Part shown: positions 29,531-39,460 of the stretch, one piece after another | Layout of the letters: the number at the start of each line of letters is the position of its first letter | How positions within the stretch are numbered: position 1 is the first letter of the stretch | Source of the DNA: Silvanigrellaceae bacterium | Lineage (GTDB): Bacteria > Bdellovibrionota_B > Oligoflexia > Silvanigrellales > Silvanigrellaceae | Reading direction: 5' to 3' | Assembly (NCBI GenBank): GCA_049423385.1 | Contig: JBMSQQ010000006.1 | Location: 1-64,000, forward strand | DNA length: 64,000 nucleotides | Translations under genes and position numbers: made by a program | The notes under the pieces: model-generated | Databases searched by the model: none | What the model saw: the letters and a program-made list of their open reading frames with translations, nothing else | Told to the model about the DNA's origin: nothing

Positions 29531-30637
29531 ATGTTGCTTGCACTCATTCACAAGTTCACCATTTATGAACCCAAGTTGAACGCGCTGACGTACCTCTCCA
29601 GTCGCGGCATTCTTGCACTGATCACTTCAATCCTGATTTCACTCGCTCTTTACCCACCTTTCATCATGCGACTCAGGGCCCTCAAGCTTGGTCAACCCAT
29701 TCGAGAATTGGGTCCTGCAACACATCAGGAAAAAAAAGGAACCCCAACAATGGGGGGTGTAATCATCCTTTTTGCAACCCTCATGAGCGCTCTGCTATGG
29801 ACGGACCTCAAGAATCACCATTTGTGGACGCTGACGATTGTTACCGTTTCTTTTGGATTGGTTGGCTTTATTGACGACTACCTCAAGATTTCAAAGAAGA
29901 ACCCCAAAGGGCTGGCAAGCAGATACAAATACATAGGTCTCTCGATTGGGGCATGCATCGCACTGGCGTGGCATTTCAATCAAACCGGCACAGTCGACCT
30001 CACGGCATCCACACGATCAAGTCTTTCAGTCATCTATCTTCCATTCCTGAAGGACGTCTCGATCAACCTGGGATGGCTCTATTTGCCGTTCGCGTATTTT
30101 GTTCTCGTCGGTTCGAGCAATGCCGTCAATTTGACCGATGGTCTCGACGGACTCGTTATCGGACCTGTCATGACGTGTTCAATTGCACTGCTCGTATTGA
30201 GTTATGTGACGGGAAATATCGTCGTAGCAAAATATCTCTATTATCATACGGTCGCTGGTTCGGGCGAAATCACTGTATTCTTGGCTGCGTTGATTGGAAG
30301 CTCCATCGGATTTCTCTGGTACAACACCTGGCCAGCGCAGATTTTCATGGGTGACTCTGGAGCACTCCCTCTCGGCGGAATCCTGGGCGCCGTTACCATG
30401 ATCACAGGGCACGAAATTCTTCTGGTGATTATGGGCGGTGTCTTCGTGGTTGAAGCATTGTCTGTCATCATTCAAGTGGGCTCGTTCAAAATGCGACAGA
30501 AACGTGTCTTCAGGATGGCGCCAATTCACCATCACTTTGAAAAAGGTGGTTGGCCAGAGCAAAAAATCACGGTTCGTGCATGGATCATCAGCCTTGTCCT
30601 GGCTCTAATCAGCATCTTGTCACTCAAGTTGAGATAA
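29531..30637 (+). CDS. mraY: Phospho-MurNAc-pentapeptide transferase
   Basis: KGTPTMGG, FIDDY, NAVNLTDGLDGL, FMGDSG, MAPIHHHFE. Confidence 0.97.
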   Translation: MLLALIHKFTIYEPKLNALTYLSSRGILALITSILISLALYPPFIMRLRALKLGQPIRELGPATHQEKKGTPTMGGVIILFATLMSALLWTDLKNHHLWTLTIVTVSFGLVGFIDDYLKISKKNPKGLASRYKYIGLSIGACIALAWHFNQTGTVDLTASTRSSLSVIYLPFLKDVSINLGWLYLPFAYFVLVGSSNAVNLTDGLDGLVIGPVMTCSIALLVLSYVTGNIVVAKYLYYHTVAGSGEITVFLAALIGSSIGFLWYNTWPAQIFMGDSGALPLGGILGAVTMITGHEILLVIMGGVFVVEALSVIIQVGSFKMRQKRVFRMAPIHHHFEKGGWPEQKITVRAWIISLVLALISILSLKLR

Positions 30638-30641
30638 CGAC

Positions 30642-32225
30642 ATGGACATCCGTGGCAAAAAAATCTGGATCATAGGTGCTGCGCGCAGCGGCATGGCCGC
30701 TGCACGAATTATGCACAGTCAAGGCGCGGAACTCTTTGTCAGCGACTCCGCCACAATTGGCGAAAGTCAGAAGACAACTCTCAATGAACTCGGCATTTCA
30801 TTCGAGGAAGGCACACATTCTCTCGAGCGAATGATTCAAGAAGCACAATTCGTCGTGTTGTCTCCAGCGATCACTCTCGACTCAAAAATCGCACTGGCAG
30901 CTCGCCAGGCCGGAATTCCAATTTTCAGTGAAATTGAAATTGCAAGCTGGTATTTGCCGCAGTCGTCGTTTGTTTTGGGTATCACCGGTACAAATGGCAA
31001 GAGCACAACGACACACTACGCTGCTCAACTTTTCGCCCTCGGCCAAAGAAATGCAGTGGCTTGTGGAAACTACGGACTCCCTCTTGCCGAGGCCCTGTTG
31101 GCACCTGCGCGTTTCAATTCCTTTATGATTGAACTGAGCAGCTATCAACTTGAGACCACTTTTTCCCTGCGACCGAATGTCACCATCTTTTTAAATCTGC
31201 AAAACGATCACATGGCTCGCTATGGCAACATGAATGAATACATGAAGGCCAAGTGGCGTCTCGTGACGCTCACAAAGAGAGACGGACTCGCCATCATTGA
31301 TCATGATGTCTTCATCAAGGCGCTCGTTCTGGGTTTGCCATTGCCGGAATGCCGAATTGCAGTCGTCCACGGATTTCTTGAAAAAAGCCCAGTCGAAGGC
31401 ATCAAAATGCCAGCCAAGAGAGTCGAACATTTCGCGCTTTCTTCACCCGAAATCCTCGCCAGACTCCCAGTGCAAACCTACGGTTCACTCGCCAAGCTCG
31501 ACGTGGATTCACTGGCTGAGTCCGCAGATATCATTCACATCTGGATGACAAACCAGTCAGCCACAGACAACAGCCACAGGCTACACATTGCTTCAGTTGA
31601 TCCCAAGGGAATGCGCATTGAACTCGACATTCAAAACCCATGTCTTTCGGGCGAACACAATCAGTTCAACATTGCCTCGGCAAGCGTGGCCGCACTTCTG
31701 GATGGAATGCATCCCAACATCATTCGCGCCCAATGGAATTCGGGCACGACCGTATATGAGCATCTGGCGCATCGCCTCGAGGTCATCAACAGTTCTTTTC
31801 CGTTGTTTGACTCCAAGGGAGTGCAAAAAGACGTCCGCGCGATAAATGACTCAAAAGCGACAAACGTTGAAAGCACTCTTGTGGCAGTGAAAAGTTTTAA
31901 AAAGTCGATTCGCCTGCTTTTGGGTGGGGAACCCAAAGGCGATTTTTACGGCGATCTCAGTCCATATATTGGGGAAAAAATCTGCCGAATTTATCCTTTT
32001 GGCAAGGCGGCCCCCGTTATCCAGCAACACCTCGCGGGATTCGAGAAATTTGTTGCACCTTCCAGTGCCAAATTGTTCGACGCAGCGCAAATGGCGCTCG
32101 ACGATGCGGCCGATGGAGATATCGTTCTTCTCAGTCCTGCCTGCGCGAGTTTTGATGAGTTCAAGAATTTTGAACATCGTGGCGACGCTTTTCGTCATTG
32201 GGTTCTTCAAAAAAGGCAAAAGTGA
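30642..32225 (+). CDS. murD: UDP-MurNAc-L-Ala-D-Glu ligase
   Basis: IGAARSG, ITGTNGKSTT, ELSSYQL, HRLE, NDSKATN, LSPACASFD. Confidence 0.95.
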   Translation: MDIRGKKIWIIGAARSGMAAARIMHSQGAELFVSDSATIGESQKTTLNELGISFEEGTHSLERMIQEAQFVVLSPAITLDSKIALAARQAGIPIFSEIEIASWYLPQSSFVLGITGTNGKSTTTHYAAQLFALGQRNAVACGNYGLPLAEALLAPARFNSFMIELSSYQLETTFSLRPNVTIFLNLQNDHMARYGNMNEYMKAKWRLVTLTKRDGLAIIDHDVFIKALVLGLPLPECRIAVVHGFLEKSPVEGIKMPAKRVEHFALSSPEILARLPVQTYGSLAKLDVDSLAESADIIHIWMTNQSATDNSHRLHIASVDPKGMRIELDIQNPCLSGEHNQFNIASASVAALLDGMHPNIIRAQWNSGTTVYEHLAHRLEVINSSFPLFDSKGVQKDVRAINDSKATNVESTLVAVKSFKKSIRLLLGGEPKGDFYGDLSPYIGEKICRIYPFGKAAPVIQQHLAGFEKFVAPSSAKLFDAAQMALDDAADGDIVLLSPACASFDEFKNFEHRGDAFRHWVLQKRQK

Positions 32226-32266
32226 AGAAATCTTGAATTCGCTTTGTTTGCCGCGGAGGGCGTTGC

Positions 32267-33406
32267 GTGAGCACAAGGAAGGATCACAATTTCAGCGTAT
32301 TTGATGCCTACGGTGGGCAAACAATCTGGTTCCCCGTGATTGCACTTTTGTCGTTTGGACTTCTTTTTGTCTACAGTGCGTCGAGTGTTTATGCCGGGCA
32401 AAAGTATGGTGATGAATTTCTTTTTGCCCGCAAGCAAATCATCTATTTTATTCCGGGTGCCATGGCAGCTTTTCTGGGTGCACGACTGCCACTCCAGAAG
32501 TTGAGAAACCATTCAACTTCGATATTCATTGTTGTCCTGGCGATCACCGGTTTGACACTCGTGCCAGGAATTGGAAAAAGAATCCTTGGTGCAGCACGAT
32601 GGATTTCCGCAGGTGGCGTTCAAATTCAGCCGAGCGAATTCCTCAAGATTGCGGTTGTTATCTACCTGGCCTCAATTCTCTCCGAGGCCAAATTGGCCCT
32701 GGGCAAGGCGCTTTCTGTGCTGCTCGCGTTTGCGGTACTTCTAAAGCAACCCGATTTTGGCAGCTCGGTCATCCTCATGGTCGGCATTCTGGCCGTCCTG
32801 TTTTTTACCGGCATTCCCAAACGCTTCTTCTTTGGCGGGATCGTCATGCTGCTGCCGGTGATTGCCATCCTCGCTGTTGCGGCTCCCTATCGGCTTCGCA
32901 GGCTTGTCTCATTCCTGGACCCGTTTGCCGATCCTCTGGGCTCAGGTTTTCAGGTGATTCAGTCATTTGTTGCCATTGCCAGCGGTGGCCTGTTCGGCAA
33001 GGGACTTGGAGGCAGCCAGCAAAAACTGTTTTTTCTTCCCGAGGCACACACAGACTTTATCTTGGCTGTGATAGGTGAAGAAATGGGCTTTGTTGGACTC
33101 GCGATCATCATCGTGATTTACGCCATGCTTTTTTATTCTATTTTGCAAATTCTGGTGGCGGTCACCTGCAAGTTTTCTCGAATGTTGACTGCCGGCCTGA
33201 TGTCCATGATTGCTGCATCGACTCTGGTCAACATGGGTGTTTGTGCCGGTTTGCTGCCAACCAAGGGTCTCACCCTCCCCTTCATATCCTCTGGCGGTTC
33301 CTCACTTGTTGCCAATCTTTTTGCCATGGGATTGCTGGCGCAAATTCATGCTTCGGCATACATCCGGCAGCATGGAGGCCTCAAGCAGCATGTTCAAGGC
33401 GATTGA
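32267..33406 (+). CDS. ftsW: SEDS peptidoglycan polymerase FtsW
   Basis: IQPSEFLK, QPDFG, LPEAHTDFI, KGLTLPFISSGGSS. Confidence 0.95.
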   Translation: MSTRKDHNFSVFDAYGGQTIWFPVIALLSFGLLFVYSASSVYAGQKYGDEFLFARKQIIYFIPGAMAAFLGARLPLQKLRNHSTSIFIVVLAITGLTLVPGIGKRILGAARWISAGGVQIQPSEFLKIAVVIYLASILSEAKLALGKALSVLLAFAVLLKQPDFGSSVILMVGILAVLFFTGIPKRFFFGGIVMLLPVIAILAVAAPYRLRRLVSFLDPFADPLGSGFQVIQSFVAIASGGLFGKGLGGSQQKLFFLPEAHTDFILAVIGEEMGFVGLAIIIVIYAMLFYSILQILVAVTCKFSRMLTAGLMSMIAASTLVNMGVCAGLLPTKGLTLPFISSGGSSLVANLFAMGLLAQIHASAYIRQHGGLKQHVQGD

Positions 33407-34805
33407 TCGAATTCATTTTATCGGGATTGGCGGAAGCGGAATGTCTGGACTTGCCGAAGTCCTGCTGAATCTCGGCTACAAGGTCAGTGGAAGCGATCTC
33501 AAGGAATCACATGTCGTGCATCGCCTGCGCTCGCTGGGAGCCTTGATTCACAATTTCCATGACGGTTCGAATGTCAACAACGTTCAGGTTGTTGTTGTCA
33601 GCAGCGCGATTGATGAGCGTAATCCTGAAATTCAAATGTCTCGAAAACTTAAACTGCCGATCATTCATCGATCCGAAATGTTGGCCGAGTTGATGCGACT
33701 GAAATATGGAGTGATTGTTGCTGGTACACACGGCAAGACGACAACCACGAGTATTCTGGAAAACGTGCTTCACGATGCGGGTTTGGATCCCACTGTGGTC
33801 ATTGGCGGAATTCTCAATTCAACGAGTTCAAATGCAAAGCTCGGCGGTGGAGATTGGTTTCTTGCCGAGGCTGATGAGAGCGACGGAAGTTTTCTAAGAT
33901 TGAGTCCCACCATAGCCGTGGTCACGAACATCGATCGCGATCACATGGACCATTATTCTTCCTTTGAGGAAATTCTTTCAGCATTTGGAAGTTTCATTGA
34001 GAAAGTTCCTTTTTATGGAGCGGTTTGTGCGTGCGTGGACGATCCCGGAGTCAGGAAGATTCTTCCAAAAGTCCGGCGTCGCACCGTTTCATTTGGACTC
34101 AGTCCGGATGCCGATGTGACTGCCGCTGATGTCGTTCACAACGGAATGACCAGTGAGTTCACGCCAGTCATAGATGGTCATCATGGCCCGCGGGTCTGTC
34201 TTAAAATGCCTGGCAAGTACAACATCGTAAATGCACTTGCGAGCTTTGCGGTTGGCAAGGTTCTCGATGTACCCATAGAAAAAGTTTCCGCTGCGGTTTC
34301 GGCATTCCAGGGTGTTCTTCACCGGTTCACTATTCTTGGCGAAAAAGAACGGACACTTGTTGTCGACGACTACGCGCACAACCCCAAAAAAATCTCGACC
34401 GTCCTTGAAGGTATTCGGCAAAGTTGGCCCAACCACCGAATTTGCGCCATTTTCCAGCCACATCGATACTCTCGGGTCAAACATCTGGCGGAAGAATTTG
34501 CAGTCTCGTTTTCTCATGCAGACCACGTGATCGTCACGCCTGTCTACTCAGCTGGAGAAGCACCAATAGAGCACTGTGATCACGGTACGTTAGCCAATCT
34601 CATCCAAGCCAAATCGTTCCCGAAGAGCCCGGATGCCGTCGCAACCTGTCAAAACCTCGACCACGCAGTGTCCCTTGCGGCCGACTACGCATGCCAACAT
34701 AGACAGGATATTCTGAATTGCACCGGCGTGTTGCTAATCACCCTCGGAGCGGGTGACGTGCAGTCTGTGGGTCCGAGGATTTTGGAAAATTTGACTGATC
34801 CGTGA
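33390..34805 (+). CDS. murC: UDP-MurNAc-L-Ala ligase
   Basis: HFIGIGGSGMS, AGTHGKTTT, EADESD, DDYAHNP, FQPHRYSR; ATG at 33390. Confidence 0.96.
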   Translation: MFKAIDRIHFIGIGGSGMSGLAEVLLNLGYKVSGSDLKESHVVHRLRSLGALIHNFHDGSNVNNVQVVVVSSAIDERNPEIQMSRKLKLPIIHRSEMLAELMRLKYGVIVAGTHGKTTTTSILENVLHDAGLDPTVVIGGILNSTSSNAKLGGGDWFLAEADESDGSFLRLSPTIAVVTNIDRDHMDHYSSFEEILSAFGSFIEKVPFYGAVCACVDDPGVRKILPKVRRRTVSFGLSPDADVTAADVVHNGMTSEFTPVIDGHHGPRVCLKMPGKYNIVNALASFAVGKVLDVPIEKVSAAVSAFQGVLHRFTILGEKERTLVVDDYAHNPKKISTVLEGIRQSWPNHRICAIFQPHRYSRVKHLAEEFAVSFSHADHVIVTPVYSAGEAPIEHCDHGTLANLIQAKSFPKSPDAVATCQNLDHAVSLAADYACQHRQDILNCTGVLLITLGAGDVQSVGPRILENLTDP

Positions 34806-34811
34806 GGAGTC

Positions 34812-35930
34812 ATGTCGCAACTGAAAAAACAGACAGTGGTTGGCCGCAAATCGGCACGTCGCAGCAAGCCTGCGCCGACGCATTCACACAAAAAGTCCGG
34901 TGGCGTCCTGCGCCTCATGGGCCAGACTTCCATGAAGCTTGTGAAGTCCGCAATGGTCGTCGTTCATCCGTGCCTCGCGGCCGTTCGCCGCTGGCCCCTG
35001 GCGACAGCATCGCTTCTCGTCGGAGGAGCGATCTTCCTTGGCGTAGGTTATGGGGTTTCAAGGCTGACGCAGTCTCTGACTCAGTCACTGCCTACTTCGA
35101 TTGAAGTGAACAGCCCACGACCTGAGCTCAATGATACAATCATCCGAATCACTTCGGAAACACTGCAGGCTGCACGAAACGAAAAGTGGAGCCGCAATGC
35201 GTTGGCAGACAAGCTTCTCTCGCGCGTCAGCATGGTTGATGGAGTTGACGAGGTTTCGCTTCGCACAGGTCTCGACAAAAAGCTCAGAGTCGATGTTGTT
35301 GCGCAGGCGCCACTTCTCGTGATGGAAGCGAAGGGTGGTGAGCGAATCCTGGTTGGCAGCAAATTCAAAATCATTGCCCGCGGACTGGGGGCCAACGACT
35401 ACACATCTTTGCCGTTGCTTGAAGCGCCTGATTTGTCGCTGAATGTTGCCTCATCCAGGGAAAAGAGGCGCGAAAACAGCGGTCTGTTTGTGAGGCCTTC
35501 AACAATGACGAGTGCAAACGTTCGTTGGCTGGGTCAACAGACACTCAAAATAGATTCTCTTTTTTCTGCTGCAAAAATTCCTGCAAAGATCGAGAATATT
35601 CTTTGGCGCAACGGGGCTGGGTTCTCGATTGTCATTTCCGACAACGCAAGTGCGGATCAAGATCAACCAAATCCAAACACCCTGACCGCCGTTCCTGTCG
35701 GACAAACCGGACTCTCAGGACATCCAGAATCCAAAAGCCAAAACCATCGGACAACCGTGGTTTTGGGTGAGAATCAATTCAACGAAAAATTCGATCGACT
35801 TTCGCAGATTATTCAAGACTTGAGACAACGAAAATTAAAAGCCGAGCAAATTGATCTTGGATTTTCAGACAAGGCCATCATACGCATGCCGGAAGGCTTG
35901 TCGGAAGCCAAGCGCGGAGGAATTCAATGA
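34812..35930 (+). CDS. ftsQ: Divergent FtsQ/DivIB-like protein
   Basis: Basic N-terminal tail, one TM helix, POTRA-like segment, C-terminal IDLGFSDKAII; immediately before ftsA. Confidence 0.6.
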   Translation: MSQLKKQTVVGRKSARRSKPAPTHSHKKSGGVLRLMGQTSMKLVKSAMVVVHPCLAAVRRWPLATASLLVGGAIFLGVGYGVSRLTQSLTQSLPTSIEVNSPRPELNDTIIRITSETLQAARNEKWSRNALADKLLSRVSMVDGVDEVSLRTGLDKKLRVDVVAQAPLLVMEAKGGERILVGSKFKIIARGLGANDYTSLPLLEAPDLSLNVASSREKRRENSGLFVRPSTMTSANVRWLGQQTLKIDSLFSAAKIPAKIENILWRNGAGFSIVISDNASADQDQPNPNTLTAVPVGQTGLSGHPESKSQNHRTTVVLGENQFNEKFDRLSQIIQDLRQRKLKAEQIDLGFSDKAIIRMPEGLSEAKRGGIQ

Positions 35931-37270
35931 GTGAAGCCGAAACTAAAAGCGAGTTTTCCGTTGGATTGATCATTGGATCCCACCAGACGAAAATCGTGGT
36001 GGGAACAGCCCAGATCGACTCCAATGACGTTCTCTCGGGTTTTTCATCACATGCTGGATATGACTTCGGCGACACGGAAACTCTCGATCAAAATCGCCAC
36101 ACCAGCAGGTCTTTTCATATTCTTGCCGCAGCAGAGTCGTCGCACAATGGCGTGAAAAGAGGAAATATCGTTGACCTTGAATCGGTTTCGCAGTCGATTC
36201 AAGAGGCAGTGGATGAAGTCGAGCGGCAATCTGGTCTTGAAATCGACCAAGTGAGGGTTGCGATTGCCAGCACCAATGCGATTTCTGAGAACTTCACCGA
36301 ATCTTTGGCTCTCAACAGCACCGAGGTCAAGGAATCCGACCGTGAGAAACTTCTGAATCTTGCGCATGCGCACGGAGTTCAACCTGGGTTGGAACAGATT
36401 GCCACGCTCACAGGTCACTTTATTGTTGATGGCAGACCAGGAATTTTGAATCCCGTTGGCATGTACGGCAATTCACTCGGCGGACTGTTTCATCGCATCG
36501 CAGTCCCGGAGGCTGAGATCCAGAACATGATCAGGGCCGTCAACAAGGCGGGTTTGCGTGTTGAGTCTTTTGCGTTTGAAGCACTTGCCGCGGCTGAGGC
36601 AACTCTCGACTCCGATGAACGTGAAATGGGATCTGTTTGCATCAACTTTGGAGCCAACCTCACGCACGTCGTGGTTTACTCTTCAGGAACTCCCATTTTC
36701 AGCCGCGATTTTCCTTTCGGCGCTCATCACATCACCAAGGACATTGCGATTGGCCTGCGAACAACCCAGACGGAAGCGGAGCGCATCAAAAAAGATTTTG
36801 GCCAGGCTTATTTCAACACTCAGGATGCGCACGAAGCGTTTGTCGTTCAGACCGCGGAACACCTCGGTGGCACACGCCAGTTCACCCGCGGCCAGTTGAT
36901 GCATATTGTCGAGCCACGGGTCAGGGAAATTTTGGGTTTCATTCACAACGAGCTCAAAAAGTTGAAGGTGACACAGTTCGTCTCAAAGGGAGTCGTACTC
37001 ACTGGCGGTGGCTCGTTGATGCCGGGTTTGTGCTGGATTGCCGAAGACGTTTTTGGCGTGAGTGCACGCGTTGGCTATCCATTGAATCTGACGGGCGTCA
37101 CCGAGGGCCTGCGGTCTCCCCTTTGTACGTCGTCGATTGGACTGCTGTCTCCGCTGTTTGCCTCACGTGAGGAAGCGAGTCGACCATCGTGGAGTTTGAC
37201 CGAAGGAGGGCTTTGGGGATGGGCCCGTACTGTTTGGGAAAAGTTCAAGGAACCCAACGAAATTTCGTAG
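35927..37270 (+). CDS. ftsA: Cell division protein FtsA
   Basis: GVKRGNIVD, NPVGM, HITKDIA, AERIK, VLTGGG, C-terminal amphipathic WARTVWEKF. Confidence 0.92.
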   Translation: MSEAETKSEFSVGLIIGSHQTKIVVGTAQIDSNDVLSGFSSHAGYDFGDTETLDQNRHTSRSFHILAAAESSHNGVKRGNIVDLESVSQSIQEAVDEVERQSGLEIDQVRVAIASTNAISENFTESLALNSTEVKESDREKLLNLAHAHGVQPGLEQIATLTGHFIVDGRPGILNPVGMYGNSLGGLFHRIAVPEAEIQNMIRAVNKAGLRVESFAFEALAAAEATLDSDEREMGSVCINFGANLTHVVVYSSGTPIFSRDFPFGAHHITKDIAIGLRTTQTEAERIKKDFGQAYFNTQDAHEAFVVQTAEHLGGTRQFTRGQLMHIVEPRVREILGFIHNELKKLKVTQFVSKGVVLTGGGSLMPGLCWIAEDVFGVSARVGYPLNLTGVTEGLRSPLCTSSIGLLSPLFASREEASRPSWSLTEGGLWGWARTVWEKFKEPNEIS

Positions 37271-37324
37271 AATTAAAGTTTTTAGTTCAAAATGACGAAG
37301 AGACGGAAGTCTCTCCGGAATCGG

Positions 37325-37354
37325 GTCGAGTCAGTTTCCTGACTCGACTTTTTT
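37325..37354 (+). terminator. Rho-independent terminator between ftsA and ftsZ
   Basis: Perfect 10-bp stem GTCGAGTCAG-tttc-CTGACTCGAC followed by TTTTTT. Confidence 0.8.
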
Positions 37355-37420
37355 CTTGCCAGTTTTTTGACAGAGGGAGTCAATTTTCAAACCCTGTTGT
37401 CAAGGAATTATGCGGAAATC

Positions 37421-37450
37421 TTTACACATCTGAGATGCCCCTCCTATACT
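37421..37450 (+). promoter_or_regulatory. Putative sigma70 promoter for ftsZ
   Basis: TTTACA-N18-TATACT, downstream of the terminator and about 60 bp before the ftsZ ATG. Confidence 0.5.
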
Positions 37451-37508
37451 TCAAATTATCCGCAAAAACGTTCGTAGTGCCTTGAGTGGCACGGAGGAGC
37501 TCACCACC

Positions 37509-39353
37509 ATGCTAGAAAATGACAAGTTTTCGTCCAATGCAGTCATCAAAGTGATCGGTGTCGGTGGAGCGGGTGGAAATGCAATCAATACGATGATCGA
37601 GCAAGGTCTTTCGGGCGTCGAGTTTATTGCTGCCAACACAGATGTACAGGCTTTGGCATCCAACCTCGCTCCCATAAAGATTCAGCTTGGCAGGGAATTG
37701 ACTAAGGGATTGGGCGCTGGTGCCAACCCCGAAGTTGGCCGAGATGCAGCACTTGAAGACAAGGCAATCATTCAAGAGGTTCTTTCTGGCGCAGATATGG
37801 TCTTTGTGACTGCCGGTACGGGCGGCGGCACGGGTACCGGCGCTGCTCCCATTATTGCGCAGGTGGCCCGCGAATTGGGTGCCTTGACGGTTGGTGTCGT
37901 GACAAAGCCATTTTCGTTCGAAGGCAAAAGACGAAAGGTGCATTCCGAGCAGGGTATTCAGTCGTTGAAAAGCTGTGTCGACACGCTCATCACGATCCCA
38001 AATCAGCGCCTCTTGAGCATTGCTCCACCACAGATGTCGATGCTCGATGGATTCAAGCTGGCAGACGAAGTTCTGTTGAATGCCGTCAAGGGGATTTCTG
38101 ACATCATCAACATTCCCGGCCGCGTCAATGTCGACTTCGCCGACGTTCGCACAATCATGTCGGAAATGGGCATGGCGCTCATGGGTATCGGCACTGCGAC
38201 GGGTGAAAACCGGGCAATCGAGGCAGCAAGGGCTGCAATCAATTCGCCACTCCTCGAGGATGTCGATATTGAGGGTGCCACGGGAATTCTCATCAATATC
38301 ACGGGCAGCAGTGCCATGACACTCCACGAAATCAGCGAGGCATCCACACTCATCCAGGAAGCTGTTCACGAGGATGCCAACATCATCTTCGGCTCTGTTG
38401 TTGATGAGACCATGGGAGAAACACTGCGTGTCACAGTCATCGCGACTGGATTCGATCACGCCCGGGTATCGCTACCAGACGCCCATAACAAGATTTATTC
38501 CAATTCAAGCAACGGATATGGTTACCATGCACCGGGGTCCTTGCCGAACGGTGCTGAACAGATTCAGCAGCCCTATGGTTACGGCAACAATGCTCATAAC
38601 CAGCGCCAAGTTGGAACGGGATTCGGTTATGGAAACACGCAGGTCGATCCTCGTGCGCTCAACAAGCCGACAGCAGGCTTCCAGTCTCAGCAGCAGCGAA
38701 TTGAGCCTTCACCTGCCGCCAACAGGACACAGCATGCGGTCAATTCAAACAACCCAGCCGCGTATCACAACCAGGCTGCCTCAAACCCGGTTGCAGCAGG
38801 CCTCTCGCTGAGAGCACCATATGAGGTGGGTCAACCAGTGAATTCCGGCAAACGGTTTGAAACCAATAACCAGACAGGCGAGCTTGGCAACCCGGGTTAT
38901 GGACGCGCCAACAGCTATGGAAATTCCAGCCAGTCGACGACAGCCGCGACCGCTCAACAGAACCTGGCCCTGCAAAACGCAGCACAATCTGTAAATCAAC
39001 TCAGAAATGCTTTGGCAAGCAACAATATTCAAAGCGAAACCGACAACAGCGCTGCGCGTTCCTTGAATCAGAATTCGAAGAATGAGTTCGAAGAGCTGAC
39101 ACAATGGACATTGGAATTGTCTCGCCAGTCCTCAAGCGAAGATGATATCCAGAATGAAGCATGCTTGACTGAGACCACCGAAACTTCGATTGGTGCAGGT
39201 CAGCTCGCGGCATCTGCAAGTCTCGACGAAAGCGAGAATGAGAGGGCACTGAGATTGGCGCGTGAGCTTGCCGACATCACTCCGGATGAAGGCGACTTCG
39301 AAACGCCTGCCTTCTTGCGTCGCAAGGACGAGACCCTCAATCGATCGATTTGA
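37509..39353 (+). CDS. ftsZ: Cell division GTPase FtsZ with a very long C-terminal linker
   Basis: [30 protein letters not shown], terminal peptide [20 protein letters not shown]. Confidence 0.97.
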   Translation: MLENDKFSSNAVIKVIGVGGAGGNAINTMIEQGLSGVEFIAANTDVQALASNLAPIKIQLGRELTKGLGAGANPEVGRDAALEDKAIIQEVLSGADMVFVTAGTGGGTGTGAAPIIAQVARELGALTVGVVTKPFSFEGKRRKVHSEQGIQSLKSCVDTLITIPNQRLLSIAPPQMSMLDGFKLADEVLLNAVKGISDIINIPGRVNVDFADVRTIMSEMGMALMGIGTATGENRAIEAARAAINSPLLEDVDIEGATGILINITGSSAMTLHEISEASTLIQEAVHEDANIIFGSVVDETMGETLRVTVIATGFDHARVSLPDAHNKIYSNSSNGYGYHAPGSLPNGAEQIQQPYGYGNNAHNQRQVGTGFGYGNTQVDPRALNKPTAGFQSQQQRIEPSPAANRTQHAVNSNNPAAYHNQAASNPVAAGLSLRAPYEVGQPVNSGKRFETNNQTGELGNPGYGRANSYGNSSQSTTAATAQQNLALQNAAQSVNQLRNALASNNIQSETDNSAARSLNQNSKNEFEELTQWTLELSRQSSSEDDIQNEACLTETTETSIGAGQLAASASLDESENERALRLARELADITPDEGDFETPAFLRRKDETLNRSI

Positions 39354-39393
39354 ACGAAATGCCATTGAGACCGGGGCGGGCTGCTGCCCGCAT

Positions 39394-39430
39394 AAAAAAA
39401 CCGAGGGAAACACTCCCTCGGTTTTTTTTT
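39394..39430. terminator. Bidirectional rho-independent terminator
   Basis: A7-CCGAGGGA-aacac-TCCCTCGG-T9 between convergent genes. Confidence 0.9.
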
Positions 39431-39460
39431 GGCAACACAAAGTCGACATACACTCGTCAC

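Noticed and set aside
37161..37172. CCTCACGTGAGG palindrome in ftsA resembling the parS core
   Set aside because: Lacks the GTTT/AAAC arms of parS.
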